From: an uncultured Gemmatimonadales bacterium
GTDB lineage: Bacteria > Gemmatimonadota > Gemmatimonadetes > Gemmatimonadales > Gemmatimonadaceae
Assembly: GCA_963850905.1 (NCBI GenBank)
Contig: CAWKMU010000003.1
Coordinates: 576,001 to 640,000, forward strand
DNA: 64,000 bases
Direction: 5' to 3'
The translations under genes were made by a program, and so were the position numbers. A model generated the notes under the pieces. The model saw nothing but the letters and a program-made list of their open reading frames with translations, ran no database searches and had not been told where the DNA came from. Each line of letters starts with the position of its first letter. Position 1 is the first letter of the stretch. Positions 61,389 to 64,000 of this stretch are shown in pieces.

Positions 61389-62381
61389 ATGCTTCGGCGT
61401 CTTTCGCAGGTTGCTCGACTGAAGTCGGTCGTTCGTACTCACGTCGTGAGTCGGCTCGCGCTGACGGCGTGGGCGATGATGATGGGATTGGCATCACTCA
61501 TCGCCGGAGCGGTCGCCTTGTCCGTCCGGCTGGCGCCCCACGCGTCGCGACGCAGTACGGCGTCCACGCACGCCCCGGACGCGACCCGTCGCGCGCGCGG
61601 CACCCCAGTGCGTCTCGCCAATCTCGCTCCCTCGGTCATTTTTGCCGACGCCAGCACGCTCTCGTACCGCACGAGCCTCACCGACGACGCGCCGGACATC
61701 CAGGACGTCGTCCGCCGTGCAACCCCTGGCGGTCGGCCGACTGAACCCAGTATCGCCGTGCACACCGCGATCGGCGCGTGCCTCACATCCGACCTCGATG
61801 GCTCGGCACACGATCACGACCTGACGGTCACGTGGTTCTTCGCGGCCGACAGCGGCGCGCCACACGGCTCCGGCGAGTATGTCCTCTGGGAACAGCGAAA
61901 CGACTCGACGCCAGTCGCACTCGTGCGGCATGTGCTGCGCGATGGACGCCGGCCATTTCTCGACTACCAATACGTCGTCCCGAGCGGTGACGGCGCTGAC
62001 AGCATTGCCATCGTGCCGCGCACGATGCTCCCCATCAGTCGAGCCGACACGGTCTCGACCCCCGTCGAATGTCCGGTCGTTGCGCGCCGTGTCGTGGCAC
62101 TTCCTCGTGGTCCTCGACGCGAGCGTCCATCCGGCGCACATGGCGCGTGTCCATGTGCTCACCTCACTGCCAGCAATCGACCGCCTCGATCGCCACGAAT
62201 GCCGTGCATCAGTGAAGCGGCAACCGATACTCGCAGCACGAGACGGAGCGCCGCCGGCGTTCACCGGCTAGCCCGAACGGCGCGGTCAGGGATCAGGCGT
62301 CAGGGACCAGGGTACCAAACCACGAGGCCAGTCACGTCGGACTGTGACCGGCCTCGCGTTTTTTGTTTCCCTGACCCCTGA
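61389..62381 (+). CDS. Hypothetical membrane-anchored protein; 3' end uncertain
   Basis: One TM segment (AWAMMMGLASLIAGAVAL), then a beta-rich region. A frameshift near 62100 is possible. Confidence 0.45.
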   Translation: MLRRLSQVARLKSVVRTHVVSRLALTAWAMMMGLASLIAGAVALSVRLAPHASRRSTASTHAPDATRRARGTPVRLANLAPSVIFADASTLSYRTSLTDDAPDIQDVVRRATPGGRPTEPSIAVHTAIGACLTSDLDGSAHDHDLTVTWFFAADSGAPHGSGEYVLWEQRNDSTPVALVRHVLRDGRRPFLDYQYVVPSGDGADSIAIVPRTMLPISRADTVSTPVECPVVARRVVALPRGPRRERPSGAHGACPCAHLTASNRPPRSPRMPCISEAATDTRSTRRSAAGVHRLARTARSGIRRQGPGYQTTRPVTSDCDRPRVFCFPDP

Positions 62382-62400
62382 CTCCTAATCCCGCCGTTCG
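62274..62400. repeat. GGGTCAG element enclosing a terminator-like hairpin
   Basis: CGAACGGCG and CGCCGTTCG termini; inner GAGGCCAGTCAC..GTGACCGGCCTC followed by a T run. Confidence 0.85.
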
Positions 62401-62406
62401 CCATTC

Positions 62407-63159
62407 GTGACAATGCGACAAACGACCCCCACAGAGATGTCGAGCCGCCCTTGCCGTCCTGCGTGGCGGCGGGCCGTATCCTGCGTTAGCATAGGCACAC
62501 TCATGCGTACACGTCTTGCGACGCTCGCCGCGACGCACCCGCGTCGCCAGCCACGACTCCCGGTGTGGATCGGCGCCCTCGCGCTCCTCGCGAGCGCGTG
62601 CAGCCATCGCCCCCCCGTCGAGACAGCCGTTGCCCCCGACGCGCATGTCATTCGCCTCCGGAACTTCACCGTCCTGCAACCGCAAGGCGCGACCAACGCA
62701 TCCGCTTCCTCCGACGCGGTCGTCCGGAATCCGACGACGCTTCACACGATCGGCTTCGAGCTGCTGCTCGCCTTCCAGGCGCGGGGATACTTCGCCGACA
62801 CGGCAGCCCCGGATTTCGCAGTCGCGTATTACGTCGGCGAGCACCTGCCATTCGATACGTCGGTCTTCAAGTACTCGTACCCCTTCGCTCCCTACACCTG
62901 GTGGCACGACTCGCCAGCTGTGCTGCAGGCGTCGCAGTCCCCGTCGCAGGGCATTCTCGTCGTCGACGTGATCAACTCGAAGACCAAAGCGCTGCTCTGG
63001 CGCGGCGAAGCGGCGGTCCCGCTCCCAGGCGACCGCGCCGCATACGTCGAGGCGCTCCAGAACCTCGCCAATGCCATCGCCGGGAAGTTCCAGGCCGGCC
63101 TCGGCACTGGCCCGGTCGCCCCCGCGCCTCTGCCGCACGGAGGCAGACCGGGACGGTAA
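62407..63159 (+). CDS. DUF4136 family lipoprotein
   Basis: LASAC lipobox, PDFAVAY and GILVVDVIN..TKALLWRG. Start is probably 62503. Confidence 0.75.
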   Translation: MTMRQTTPTEMSSRPCRPAWRRAVSCVSIGTLMRTRLATLAATHPRRQPRLPVWIGALALLASACSHRPPVETAVAPDAHVIRLRNFTVLQPQGATNASASSDAVVRNPTTLHTIGFELLLAFQARGYFADTAAPDFAVAYYVGEHLPFDTSVFKYSYPFAPYTWWHDSPAVLQASQSPSQGILVVDVINSKTKALLWRGEAAVPLPGDRAAYVEALQNLANAIAGKFQAGLGTGPVAPAPLPHGGRPGR

Positions 63160-63336
63160 CGGCGGGGTCGGCAAACGGCGGGGTCAGGGGTCAGGGAACA
63201 AATCGAAAGGCTGATCACGGTGCGCCGCGACCAGCCTTGGACCGGTAGGGGCGACGCATTGCGTCGCCCGTTGGTGTCGTTGCCGTTGTCGTTCCCCGGC
63301 GCCTGACCCCTGACACCCGATCCCGCCGTTTGCCGT
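63158..63336. repeat. Composite heptamer element with REP (63245-63269)
   Basis: CGGCAAACGGCGGG and CCCGCCGTTTGCCG termini; interior nearly the same as 17811-17974. Confidence 0.9.
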
Positions 63337-63377
63337 CATAATGCGCGTTAGCTTTCCCTTCTCAGCCCGGAGTCACC

Positions 63378-64000
63378 ATGTCCGACGCATACATCGTCGA
63401 CGCCGTGCGGACGCCGCGCGGCAAAGGGAAGCGGGGGAAAGGGGCGCTCACAGAGATCCACCCCCAAGAGCTGCTCGCCCAGACGCTCAATCGCCTCGTC
63501 GAGCGCAGCGGCGTCTCGCCTGGTGATGTCGACGATGTGGTGATCGGCTGCGTGTCACAGGTCGGCGAACAGGGCGCCAACCTCGCGCGCAATGCCGTGC
63601 TCGCAGCCGGCTGGCCCGACGAGGTGTCGGGCACCACGATCAACCGCTTCTGCGCATCCGGGCTGCAGGCTGTGAACTTCGCCGCCATGGGCGTCCTCGC
63701 CGGGGTCCAGCAGGTCACGGTCGGTGGCGGCGTCGAGAGCATGTCGCGCGTGCCCATTGGTGCCGACGGCGGCGGCACCGATGGCGGCAACACGCACCTG
63801 CGCCAGCGTGTGTTCCAGGTGCCGCAAGGCATTAGCGCCGACTTGATCGCCACCCGGGAGCGGATCGCGCGCGAGACCCTCGATGCCTTCGCGCTCGAAT
63901 CGCAGCGCCGTGCGGCCGTCGCGCAGCGCGAGTGTCGCTTCGGGAAGAGTCTGTTCCCCGTCAAAGACCCGACGACGGGTACCCTCGCACTCGATCGGGA
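63378..64000 (+). CDS. Acetyl-CoA C-acyltransferase (thiolase), truncated at window end
   Basis: Manual translation gives [15 protein letters not shown]...[12 protein letters not shown]...[10 protein letters not shown]. Confidence 0.92.
   Translation, partial: MSDAYIVDAVRTPRGKGKRGKGALTEIHPQELLAQTLNRLVERSGVSPGDVDDVVIGCVSQVGEQGANLARNAVLAAGWPDEVSGTTINRFCASGLQAVNFAAMGVLAGVQQVTVGGGVESMSRVPIGADGGGTDGGNTHLRQRVFQVPQGISADLIATRERIARETLDAFALESQRRAAVAQRECRFGKSLFPVKDPTTGTLALDR

Overview
This is a GC-rich bacterial chromosome segment. The gene repertoire (BrxA/B, SWIB, SET, zinc-ribbon Ser/Thr kinase, extra sigma-70, DUF883) suggests Gemmatimonadota or a similar soil lineage; this is inference. It carries about 58 protein genes: two RND/MFP/TolC efflux operons (the first with a two-component pair), thrB-thrC, two signal peptidases I, LspA, rhomboid, M1 and M32 peptidases, PruA, GabD, EttA, plant/Chlamydia-type FabI, cardiolipin synthase-like PLD, a GH79 hydrolase, a LytS/LytTR pair and a circularly permuted ATP-grasp ligase. 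I saw no rRNA, tRNA, CRISPR array, transposase or phage genes. Many genes, including ettA, are broken by 1-bp indels, probably long-read consensus errors. The most unusual signal is intergenic. (i) About 11 GTAG-REP-type palindromes (GTAG-GGGCGACGC-N2/3-GCGTCGCCC) plus degenerate copies, with all the clear ones on the + strand. (ii) Inverted-repeat elements built from 7-nt tandem units of several different sequences (GGGTCAG, AGAAAGT, GGAGAAA, GACGCTG, GGGTTTG). These often wrap a REP, sit at stop codons, and sometimes encode gene C-termini. Other leads are a divergent CP-ATP-grasp/M32 pair, a LytTR gene split by one in-frame TGA next to phased LytTR boxes, a Thr-for-Ser signal peptidase and an IscA-like protein lacking its Cys ligands.
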